Shown piece by piece: positions 19,998 to 28,600 of a stretch of 64,000 nucleotides of DNA. Source of the DNA: Holophagae bacterium (GTDB taxonomy: Bacteria; Acidobacteriota; Holophagae; Acanthopleuribacterales; Acanthopleuribacteraceae); NCBI GenBank assembly GCA_029263455.1, contig JAJCXM010000020.1:186753-250752 (forward strand). Direction: 5' to 3'. Position 1 is the first letter of the stretch. Each line of letters opens with the position of its first letter. Below the pieces are notes generated by a model, which saw only the letters and a program-made list of their open reading frames with translations, made no database searches and was not told where the DNA came from. Both the position numbers and the translations under genes were made by a program.

Positions 19998-21020
19998 GTG
20001 TTTATTGCATGGTTTAGTGTTCTTTTTGCCTTCTCAGGCAATGCAGAAAACAGGATAGATTTACTAAATGTCGACGACGAATTGAAAGCATTCGTTTCGC
20101 GACATGTTGATGCTGAGGCTGGTTCGTATCGGAAGATCCAGCAATTAAAAGACGCTCTTTTCTCAAATAGGGGCGCAGCCTTGGAATACGCTTATCGTGC
20201 CACTACCAGACCCAGCGCGACAGTTCGTAAAGGCGTCGCTGATTGTGTCTCGTTTTCGTTTTTGTTTGTGGCGTTGGCCAGAGAAATTGGTCTAGATGCG
20301 GTTTTTCAAGAAGTGAGGGGCGATGCTGGTTGGAGACAGATGGGTCGCTTTGGCATGCAGACAATTCATCTCAACGTTTTGGTGTTAGTGGATAGTCGAG
20401 AAATTGTAGTGGATTTCCCACGCTTCGAAAGTATGAAGTCTGCGTCCAAACATCAGATTTCAGACCTAAGGGCGATGGCTCATTTCTACAACAACCTTGG
20501 CGTTGATGCCATCATGGCGAACCAACTTGATCAAGCGGGTGGCTATTTGGAATTAGCCGCCGATTTAGCTCCTGACTTTGCTGGCTGTTTGGCGAACCTT
20601 GGCGTTTATTACAAACGGACGGGTCGCATCGCTGATGCCCAACAAGCCTATATGCAAGCGCTTGAATTCGACCCCAACTCGGCCGTTGTTTCGGCCAACC
20701 TAGCGCAGTTACTCTTCCATCAAGGTTTAACCGTTGAGGCTGAGAATATATATGCCAGTGTTGGCAAGAGCAAGTTTCAGAATCCCTTCTACCATTACAA
20801 TCGCGGCAAAGACGCACTCGATTCAGGCGATCTAGACAAAGCGAGAAAACGGTTCCGGAAGGCGGTCAAAATGTTACCTGAGATTTCAGGATTCCATAAA
20901 GCACTGGCGGTCGTAGATTTGCGGAAACGGGCCATCGACCAAGGCGTGAATTTAAATGAGAAGGCTAGCGGATTGATTGTCGTTGCTGGCGATGATGGTG
21001 GCGTTCATTTGGAACATTAA
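19998..21020 (+). CDS. Secreted transglutaminase-like domain protein with TPR repeats
   Basis: GTG start after a GAGGAGG RBS, and a signal peptide. 'GVADCVSFSFLFVALAREIGLDAVF' resembles the transglutaminase-like cysteine core. The C-terminal half has TPR-like repeats ('AHFYNNLGV', 'LANLGVYYKRTGRIADAQQAYMQALEFDPN'). Confidence 0.5.
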   Translation: MFIAWFSVLFAFSGNAENRIDLLNVDDELKAFVSRHVDAEAGSYRKIQQLKDALFSNRGAALEYAYRATTRPSATVRKGVADCVSFSFLFVALAREIGLDAVFQEVRGDAGWRQMGRFGMQTIHLNVLVLVDSREIVVDFPRFESMKSASKHQISDLRAMAHFYNNLGVDAIMANQLDQAGGYLELAADLAPDFAGCLANLGVYYKRTGRIADAQQAYMQALEFDPNSAVVSANLAQLLFHQGLTVEAENIYASVGKSKFQNPFYHYNRGKDALDSGDLDKARKRFRKAVKMLPEISGFHKALAVVDLRKRAIDQGVNLNEKASGLIVVAGDDGGVHLEH

Positions 21021-21152
21021 CCGCGAATAGGCCGGAGCTGGGTGAAAGCGTTAACGTCCCCCCCATGCGCGTTTTCTACTCGGCCCCAGACTCCGGCCTC
21101 CTGCGGTCATCTCATGTTAGGATAGCGCACGTCTTGAGCTCGTGAGGCATGC

Positions 21153-21701
21153 ATGGTCTGGTGGAGATGGTTTCCGCTAAATGTCATCGACTTTAGCGTC
21201 ATTCTGTTGATTTTGTTGGTCCTTGAACCGGGAAGTTTTAGCGTTAATAGTCTCGCCGCTGATGCGGTGAATTGGAGTTGGTTACCTCATTTTAACGGCT
21301 TGATGAATCTGGTCATTTGCTCGTTACTAACTGCAGGATATCTGGCTATACGGCGCGGAAACAAAACGCAGCACCCTAAATGGATGGTGACAGCTTGTGT
21401 CTTTGGAGCTATTTTTCTGGTTGGTTATATATTGCAAACCGTCATGCTGGGGCATCAGAAATTCCCCGGAGATGACTGGGTGCGCGTCTTCTTTTTGACG
21501 GTGCTCACAAGTCATACAATCCTAGCCGTTTTAGTGGTTCCATGCATTTTTGTAGTTTTGCGTCTTGCCATGCGAGGCGCCTTTGAAAAACATAAACGAT
21601 TTGCGCGTGTCACATTAGCGATTTGGGTATATGTCTCTGTGACAGGTTTGTATATTTACCTGATGAATAATCACGTGCGTCCAGCTGAATGGCACCCTTA
21701 G
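21153..21701 (+). CDS. DUF420-family membrane protein
   Basis: 182 aa with four predicted TM helices and conserved His positions. 'YLAIRRGNKTQHPKWM', 'GDDWVRVFFLTVLTSHTILA' and 'HKRFARVTLAIWVYVS' match the DUF420 pattern. Confidence 0.5.
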   Translation: MVWWRWFPLNVIDFSVILLILLVLEPGSFSVNSLAADAVNWSWLPHFNGLMNLVICSLLTAGYLAIRRGNKTQHPKWMVTACVFGAIFLVGYILQTVMLGHQKFPGDDWVRVFFLTVLTSHTILAVLVVPCIFVVLRLAMRGAFEKHKRFARVTLAIWVYVSVTGLYIYLMNNHVRPAEWHP

Positions 21702-22618
21702 ATTCCGAGATGGTCCCGATTGGGGGTCGCTATCAAGTCGTGCGTTTGCTTGGCCAAGGGGCGATGGGTCGAGTTTTTTTAGCGAATGATCTAAGCGATC
21801 ACAAAGAGGTCGCCATCAAACTAATCCATTCGGCTCAGATCGTCGACCAATCCGAGAGGCGTGAGTTTAGCTTACGATTAGAACGGGAAGTGGCTGTCTT
21901 GAAACGCCTAAAGCACGCTCACATAGTGGGTATGATGGGCGAGGGTAGCCATCAACAATCACCGTTCTTGGTGATGGAATTTGTTGATGGCGTGACGCTC
22001 AACTCGTTGAACCGTCAAAACGGATTAACGCCGCAGCTGTTTCAACGTGTGGTTCCTAGTGTGGCTTCGGCTCTTGACTACGCTCATCAAGAAGGTGTTA
22101 TTCATCGTGACGTTAAACCGGACAATATCCTTGTCACTTCTGATGGACACGCAAAATTACTTGATTTCGGCATTGCCAAAACGTGTGCCACGGGCTTGGC
22201 AAGCCTCACCCATTCCGCAGAATGGATTGGCACGCCCCACTATTCGAGTCCTGAACAAATCACCAACCAGGAATTAAGTCCTGCAACGGATATCTACTCA
22301 CTGGCGGTGATGTGTTACGAGTTACTAACAGGTAGATTCCCTTTTAAGGGCCATCATGTGAGTGCGATCCTTTTTGAGATCGTGCGCGGCGAGCCTGTTC
22401 TGGATTGGCATAACTTAGGTGAGTCCGCCCAAAAGGGCCATCTCAATAGAATCTTTCAAAGAGCACTAGGTAAGGACCCTTCCGCAAGACATAAGACCGC
22501 GACAGAATTTACGGCCGAATTGCTGCAGGCAATGAACGGAGCTTCTCTGGAACCACCAGTCCCAGAATCGCCAAGCAAGTCAATTCGATCGACCATGAAA
22601 TTGCCGTGGCGAAAATAA
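21689..22618 (+). CDS. Serine/threonine protein kinase (Hanks-type)
   Basis: 'LGQGAMGRVFLA', 'VAIK', 'HRDVKPDNIL', 'DFGIAK', 'GTPHYSSPEQ'. Overlaps the end of the DUF420 gene by 13 nt. Confidence 0.8.
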   Translation: MAPLDSEMVPIGGRYQVVRLLGQGAMGRVFLANDLSDHKEVAIKLIHSAQIVDQSERREFSLRLEREVAVLKRLKHAHIVGMMGEGSHQQSPFLVMEFVDGVTLNSLNRQNGLTPQLFQRVVPSVASALDYAHQEGVIHRDVKPDNILVTSDGHAKLLDFGIAKTCATGLASLTHSAEWIGTPHYSSPEQITNQELSPATDIYSLAVMCYELLTGRFPFKGHHVSAILFEIVRGEPVLDWHNLGESAQKGHLNRIFQRALGKDPSARHKTATEFTAELLQAMNGASLEPPVPESPSKSIRSTMKLPWRK

Positions 22619-22642
22619 TGGGCTGCACAGAAACATGAATCC

Positions 22643-23797
22643 TTAGCCGGGCTTTCCGTCCGCACGTGGGCCAACAAGAATGAGAAAATGGCCAACTAGG
22701 AATATCAGAAAAGCGCTCAAAAACATGACCATCGAGCTGTCTCTCGCCCATGTAATTTGAGGCATCCAGGCTGCCAGTTGTCTCAACAGTGTGGCTAGTA
22801 ATATAAGAACAAAGCTCCAGGTAACCAGCGTTGAATTCTTGATGATGCGGCCAGTATGGCCAAGGGTGACTCTAGTAATCATGCCGATGATCAATGTACT
22901 CATCGCGCCGACCGTTAAAATGTGGACCCAAGCTGTCCTGGGGACCGTATCAAAGAATAGAGTTGAACCCCGCATAAGGAGACCGAAGGGAATGAATGCG
23001 TAACCAATGTGGAGAATGCAAATGAGTGGATTTGAAATGGTTGCAAGACTCCGCCAGTACCGCATGCGGACCATTAATATTAATCCCAGTAACAAGGCGA
23101 TTGAATGAGCGTAAATGGGGCTTCGGACAAGCAATAGATCGCAGATCACTAAAGCAAGAACCGTTAGCACACTCATTTTCTCAGCGGTAGGGTTTGGCTT
23201 AATGATGTGTTGCGGGAATTGGTTCTTGGTAAAGAATGGGATGACACGGCCGCCAATAATAATTAGGAAAGCAAGCACACTATTCAGCGACAACAAATTA
23301 GCCGTGTTTAATAAATCACTTCGCCCATTCAAAAATCCGTAACACGACATCGCCTCAGCAATCATCAACGTAAGAATCCAAATCATCAGCCCGATGTTGC
23401 GCCATTTGCCCGCCTTAACCAGGCACGTGGATAAGGCCAGTAATAAAGCCACATGAAACGTCAAGCTGACCCAGATTAGAGCGACTGGTCCATGTACCCA
23501 AATCCATGCATATACAAAGCGCCCTACAAGCCAGGCCAAAACAATGAATGCTAACTTTGGTCCATGTAGACCTCGTGTCTGAGTCCAATTGGCAGAGGCG
23601 GTCAGTAGGAAGCCAGCGATTATCGCAGCCGCAAATCCCTGTAACATCTCATGTGCGTGCCAGGCAATCGGATCAATTCCGTGAGGAACCGATTGACCTT
23701 GAAAGAAAAACAGCCAAATACAACCGCTTACTATCGCAGCCAATGGGCCAAACAGAAAAAACGGCCGAAAACCCATACTAAATAGCTGTCGCATCAA
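22643..23797 (-). CDS. NnrS-family heme-copper membrane protein (NO-response associated)
   Basis: 384 aa with about 12 TM helices. The N-terminal 'LFSMGFRPFFLFGPL' is the signature start of NnrS proteins. Conserved His residues are spread through the helices. Confidence 0.6.
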   Translation of the reverse strand: MMRQLFSMGFRPFFLFGPLAAIVSGCIWLFFFQGQSVPHGIDPIAWHAHEMLQGFAAAIIAGFLLTASANWTQTRGLHGPKLAFIVLAWLVGRFVYAWIWVHGPVALIWVSLTFHVALLLALSTCLVKAGKWRNIGLMIWILTLMIAEAMSCYGFLNGRSDLLNTANLLSLNSVLAFLIIIGGRVIPFFTKNQFPQHIIKPNPTAEKMSVLTVLALVICDLLLVRSPIYAHSIALLLGLILMVRMRYWRSLATISNPLICILHIGYAFIPFGLLMRGSTLFFDTVPRTAWVHILTVGAMSTLIIGMITRVTLGHTGRIIKNSTLVTWSFVLILLATLLRQLAAWMPQITWARDSSMVMFLSAFLIFLVGHFLILVGPRADGKPG

Positions 23798-23850
23798 AGT
23801 CCTCCACGTATCAGTCTACAGAGGCTTGAATCTGTAGATTATGATCAACA

Positions 23851-24405
23851 TCATGAATCGTGCGACAAAAAGTGATTAACTGCTTTAAGCGCCTCACTCA
23901 TCCAATTCTGCTGACTGGAGTCGACAGACACCATTCTGGACCAATCGGGCTTTTCAAACCATTGAAGGCTCGATTCAAGCAATTCAGGGCCTGCGTCAGA
24001 TTCTGATCGTTGTTTTTGTCTTGCGCAGAGCCGTCGTCGAACGACCTCTTTTGGTGCTTGAACCCAGACGAGGATGGTGTGCTCGAAGTCCGCGACATAT
24101 TTACGCAATTTCCGATTGGCAAAAGTCGCGTCCAGGATGGCAAGCTGACCCTTATCCGACACAGTTTTCGCTTCCTCAACCATGGCTTGATACACGCGAT
24201 CGGTCCAGTCCATCGAATAGAAGCGTTCGTCCAATGATTGGTGTTCTAAGACGCCGGCCATATTTTTCCGAATACGATCAGATGAAATTCTTGTTGCCCT
24301 TAACTTAGTCGCAAGGTGGCGTGCGAGTGTTGTTTTACCTGAGCCTATGGAACCGCACATGATTATGAAGGCATAGGGTCGCGATCCTCGGGGAACTTGC
24401 GTCAA
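23851..24405 (-). CDS. Small P-loop kinase / AAA_33-like ATPase
   Basis: Walker A 'GSIGSGKTTLA' and Walker-B-like 'LAILDATF'. 184 aa. TTG start. Confidence 0.55.
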   Translation of the reverse strand: MTQVPRGSRPYAFIIMCGSIGSGKTTLARHLATKLRATRISSDRIRKNMAGVLEHQSLDERFYSMDWTDRVYQAMVEEAKTVSDKGQLAILDATFANRKLRKYVADFEHTILVWVQAPKEVVRRRLCARQKQRSESDAGPELLESSLQWFEKPDWSRMVSVDSSQQNWMSEALKAVNHFLSHDS

Positions 24406-24892
24406 AGTGGGTTAACCCTTGGTTTTGCAGGCGTGTGCTCCTTGACTAATTTTGTCGTACAAGGGGGTGTCCAAAACAAAGGAATTTGCTCACCAAACAC
24501 TTGCTTTCTTGCGCATTGAAGGACTCTACACTCGAATAGCGTTAAGTGTTCTACACGGTAGTTTGTTGGCCTTCTGGCTCTACTGTACCGGGCTCTTAAG
24601 AAAGGAATAGCTAGTGAGACGACAACATCAAAAACGGGTTGGCCTCTTGGTATCCAGTGGATCTCTTTTTCATGGGACCCGCCTACACGCCCGTGACTAA
24701 CGGATACGCCGTAGTAATTGGAGGCAGTGCTTGGCTCGACTCGAATGGTGGCGGCGTACCACTCACCGCGACCCGGACCCTTCTTAAATAATGCGAGTGG
24801 CAAAATTCAACCCTACCGTTGTGTCACGTTATGTCAGCATAGCAGAGGAATGGAGGACTAGCATCAGCCGCAAATCGAATTTGGTGTAGGCT

Positions 24893-25609
24893 TTGAAGGC
24901 TAGGTCGTCATTCTATAATACTGATTCTTCGGTTTGGGAGCTTTTGATGTCATTCAATAGGATTATGGAGCGGGCTGTGGCGCGCAAGGGCGGGATTGAT
25001 GCCCTATCAGAAACACTGCCAACTCCTTTGACGATAGGCAAACTGAGCTTGACGCCAGATCATCGCCTTTTGGCAGAAATGACGAGGCGAGTTTTTCAAG
25101 CGGGATTCGTATGGCGTGTGATTGATAACAAATGGGATGGCTTCGAGAAGGCCTTTCAAGGATTCGATCCAGAAAGATTCGCGGCTCTACCCGAAGAGGC
25201 GCTGAGACCACTTGTCCAGGATGAGCGCATCGTCCGCAATTGGCAAAAGATAAAGACGGTTAAGGTCAATGCGGAAATGATTGTACGAGAAGCCGAGGCT
25301 CATGGCTCGTTTGCTAAATTCATCGCTGATTGGCCGAGCCAAGAAATTGTGGATCTTTGGGCTTACCTCAAAAAGAATGGTGCGCGCTTGGGAGGGTTGA
25401 CCGGTCCTATGTTCCTGAGGTTAGTGGGCAAAGATACCTTTATTCTGACCGGTGACGTAGTTCAAGCCTTAATTGGCTGCGATGTAGTTAAGAAGACCCC
25501 TACCTCAAAGAGCGATTTGAAGCGTGTCCAACAGACCTTTAACGAGTGGGCCAGCGAGACGGGAATGCCTCTGAGCCATTTGAGTAAAATACTGGCGTGT
25601 TCCGTTTGA
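24893..25609 (+). CDS. DNA-3-methyladenine glycosylase I (Tag)-like protein
   Basis: The core ('LAEMTRRVFQAGFVWRVIDNKWDGFEKAFQGFDPERFAAL...VRNWQKIKTVKVNAEMI...FAKFIADW') aligns by eye with E. coli Tag ('LFEMICLEGQQAGLSWITVLKKRENYRACFHQFDPVKVAAM...IRHRGKIQAII...FVDFVW'). It has a longer, divergent N-terminus. Confidence 0.5.
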   Translation: MKARSSFYNTDSSVWELLMSFNRIMERAVARKGGIDALSETLPTPLTIGKLSLTPDHRLLAEMTRRVFQAGFVWRVIDNKWDGFEKAFQGFDPERFAALPEEALRPLVQDERIVRNWQKIKTVKVNAEMIVREAEAHGSFAKFIADWPSQEIVDLWAYLKKNGARLGGLTGPMFLRLVGKDTFILTGDVVQALIGCDVVKKTPTSKSDLKRVQQTFNEWASETGMPLSHLSKILACSV

Positions 25610-25628
25610 ATCGAAGGTTACAGGTTGT

Positions 25629-28600
25629 CTATTTGATGCTTTGAAGGATTTTGGTGGCGTAGTCTGAAGCCTTCTGTAAGGCGTCAAAAACCGATAGCCA
25701 CTTCAAGCCGTTCATGTCGGCCTTCTCAACCTTCACTTGAAGTTTTAAAGAATGACCGCCGTTCTTGATGCCCTTGGCAGAGAAACTGACTGGATAAATC
25801 CGCCGATTCAAACTCCTCAACTGTTTGATTAATTGCTCACTTTCTTGTTCAAGGAGTTGGCCCAGGTCTACTTCGTAACTGAGTTGTGTGCCTCGGGCAT
25901 TTAGATCGACAGGTACACCTTTATGGCGTCGAATTTCAAAATGTGAACCTCCCAGCTTCTTGACGTTGAATCCGTGTCTTTCGAGGAATCCTGAAGGAAG
26001 CCCTGTTTCTTTATCGACGACGAATTCGCTGTCTTCCTGAGGAGCCAATTGGCGAACCAGGTTCAACAGTTCTTGCCACTGGGGTTCTGACCATTGAGAT
26101 TCTATTTGCTTGGGGAATTCGGGGGCGGGCTTTTGTAGTGCCCTAACACCCACGCGCAGCGCTTTGCCAATCCGCTCCAAACCTTCTTGGAAGAGCACCA
26201 TCTGAGTCAACATCTGAGCAACGGAATCATTTTCGCCGCTTCCACGGAACATCGCATTGCGCGCGTAATCTTTCTTGATGTCCTGCCAACGTTTCACTTG
26301 TTCATCACTCTGCCAGCCCATCAACTCACGAAACTTCAGCATGTTTGACTCAGTCCCTTTTGCCAGGGTCTGGGCTTCGTTTTCGTAGTGGTCGAGGAGA
26401 ATAGCGTCAAGTTCGGCGTCATCGGTGATGGCGAGAACTTTTTCGGAAATTTTGTTCATGTTGCGATAGGAACCTTGGAGTTTGAAGGCTGGTTCCGTGC
26501 GGTACTCGTCGGCCTGAGCAGCACTTTCCATGTAGGCACTATTCACTTTCAACAAACATTCACGCACATAGATTAGCTTTCTGGCGACGCGAACGGCGTC
26601 TTCAACCAGGGTCGAAGCATAGTCACCAGACACTTTTGATGGGTCGAACTCGTCTCGCCCTTCGGCCACATCCAATAGGTGATGGATATCTTGTGGGTAG
26701 CTTCTGGCGATTTGGGCGAGCGTTTGGTTTGAAGTCATACAGTTCTCGACATAGCTGCGTTTGAAGGCATCAAATTCACCGCCGATGACGTCGCCCAAGT
26801 TATATGTGTCGGCGCGATTGGCGAGCATATCTGGTATCTGGAATCTAGCCCCGCTTTCTGTGTAAGGGTTTCCGGCCATGACGACACACACTTTTCGACC
26901 TCGCAAGTCATAAGACACCGATTCGCCTTTCCACACACCTTCAATGCGTCGTTGGGCATCACACAGTGAAATGAATTTTTGTAGTAACTCAGGGTTGCAG
27001 TGTTGAATGTCGTCTAGGTAGATCATGACATTGTCGCCAAGCTGAAATGCTAGGTTCAGTTTCTCGATTTCCTCGCGTGCAGAAGCGTGAGGGGCTTCCG
27101 CAGGGTCAAGTGACGTAGCCGCATGGCCAATCGATGGTCCATTTATCTTCACAAACACGAGTCCTAGGCGATCCGCGATGTATTCAATGAGTGTCGTTTT
27201 ACCGTATCCTGGAGGTGAGACAAGCAATAGTAGACCCATAAGATCTGTGCGTTTTTGGTCGCCGGAAGCACCAATCTGCTTGGCAAGGTTGTCACCGACC
27301 ATTGGTAAATAGACGGTATCAATTAGTCTGTTACGGACAAATGAGGTGAGCACTCGCGGTCTAAACCGGTCTAGTTTTAGCTGGTTCTGCCACTGACTGA
27401 TAATCTCCTTTTTACGTTGTTGGAAGCGATTGAATAGGTCGTTTATTCGGCCACAATGGTCACGTAATTGCGCGACTAGCTGACGGTAGCCAGTGCTAAG
27501 TACGCCTGCTTGCAAAGTTGAATGATTTCCCGCTAGTCCGCTTACTTCAAACCGTTCGCTGGTGTGATTAGGGATCCAGCTCTCGATCGGAGACAAGAGC
27601 ATGGCCGCAACTTCGTCTCTTAGTGGTTCATGTACGTCAAATCGGTTCAGCCAACCAAGGCACAACTCCCATTTAGTGACTTGCTGATTGGCTAGCGAAG
27701 AAACCGATTTCAGGAAAGCTTCTCCACGGCCTTGATTCTTGAGTGCGAGCTTAAAATTCAAAGCCGCGTCAAAGGCTGCTTGAGAAACCGAAGCGAACGA
27801 TTGATGCAAAAGTGCCCGACCCAGGAATTGAGCGGCCTCCTCAATGGCGCCAACAAAGCTTTGACAGTCCACCAAAGCTTCGTGACACTGTTGTAGAAAG
27901 TAGGCAGGAATACCCTTTGTCGGCTGCAAACGCAAAGCTTGAAAAGCGGCACTTGATTGCAGCAATTCTTGCCTATCTTCATCTTTGACCAAAAAGTGCC
28001 AGGCATAACAGACTCGACCTCGAGTTTCAGGTGAAAAGACCAAGCTACCCAAATCTTGTTTGCACTGCCAAAGGGCGGACGCAATTTTCGCAGCGTCTTG
28101 GTCGTGGACGCCTTTAACGTAGCCAGAAAGCGCGTGATCTTTTAGATACTGATCTACGAGTTTGGGCCAGTCAGGTTCGGTTGCTTGGGCATTGGCTGTC
28201 AAGACTTGATGCGCTAAGACGCAACCGGCGTACAGGCTTTCCGATTCAATAGCGCTTTCTTGTTGCCAGACTTCTTGAAAGTCAATGAGTTGCTGGTCCT
28301 CAATCTGTTCAAAGAATTGGGTGCCGGTAACCTGAACGCCCCATTTCTTTTGAACCTGAACGAGACTCACATCAAGGGCAAATGATTGCGTACTGAATGT
28401 GTGTTTACCGAGTCGAATGCTGTTATCGGCGTTGTAAAGGTCGCGTTTATCGCGCCATTGCCTCAGCGCGTCGTTGCGGGTCGCTTTGAAGCGCGCGTCT
28501 ATCTCCTCGGCACGTACTTCATCACCGAATGCTCTTAACTTGTCGACCAAACTGTGTAGTTTTTCGACCATCAGATCTGAAGCCAAAAAAGTATTTATTT

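Noticed and set aside
21020-21152. Inverted repeat 'ggccggagctggg ... cccagactccggcc' downstream of the transglutaminase-like gene
   Set aside because: The match is imperfect and has a loop of about 50 nt, with no U-tract. It could be a weak terminator or a coincidence, and the evidence is not enough to call a feature.
24402-24803. 133-aa minus-strand ORF upstream of the P-loop kinase gene
   Set aside because: It starts at a TTG and has no ATG until late. It has odd composition and no recognisable domain. The region is retained as a possible non-coding region in the findings.
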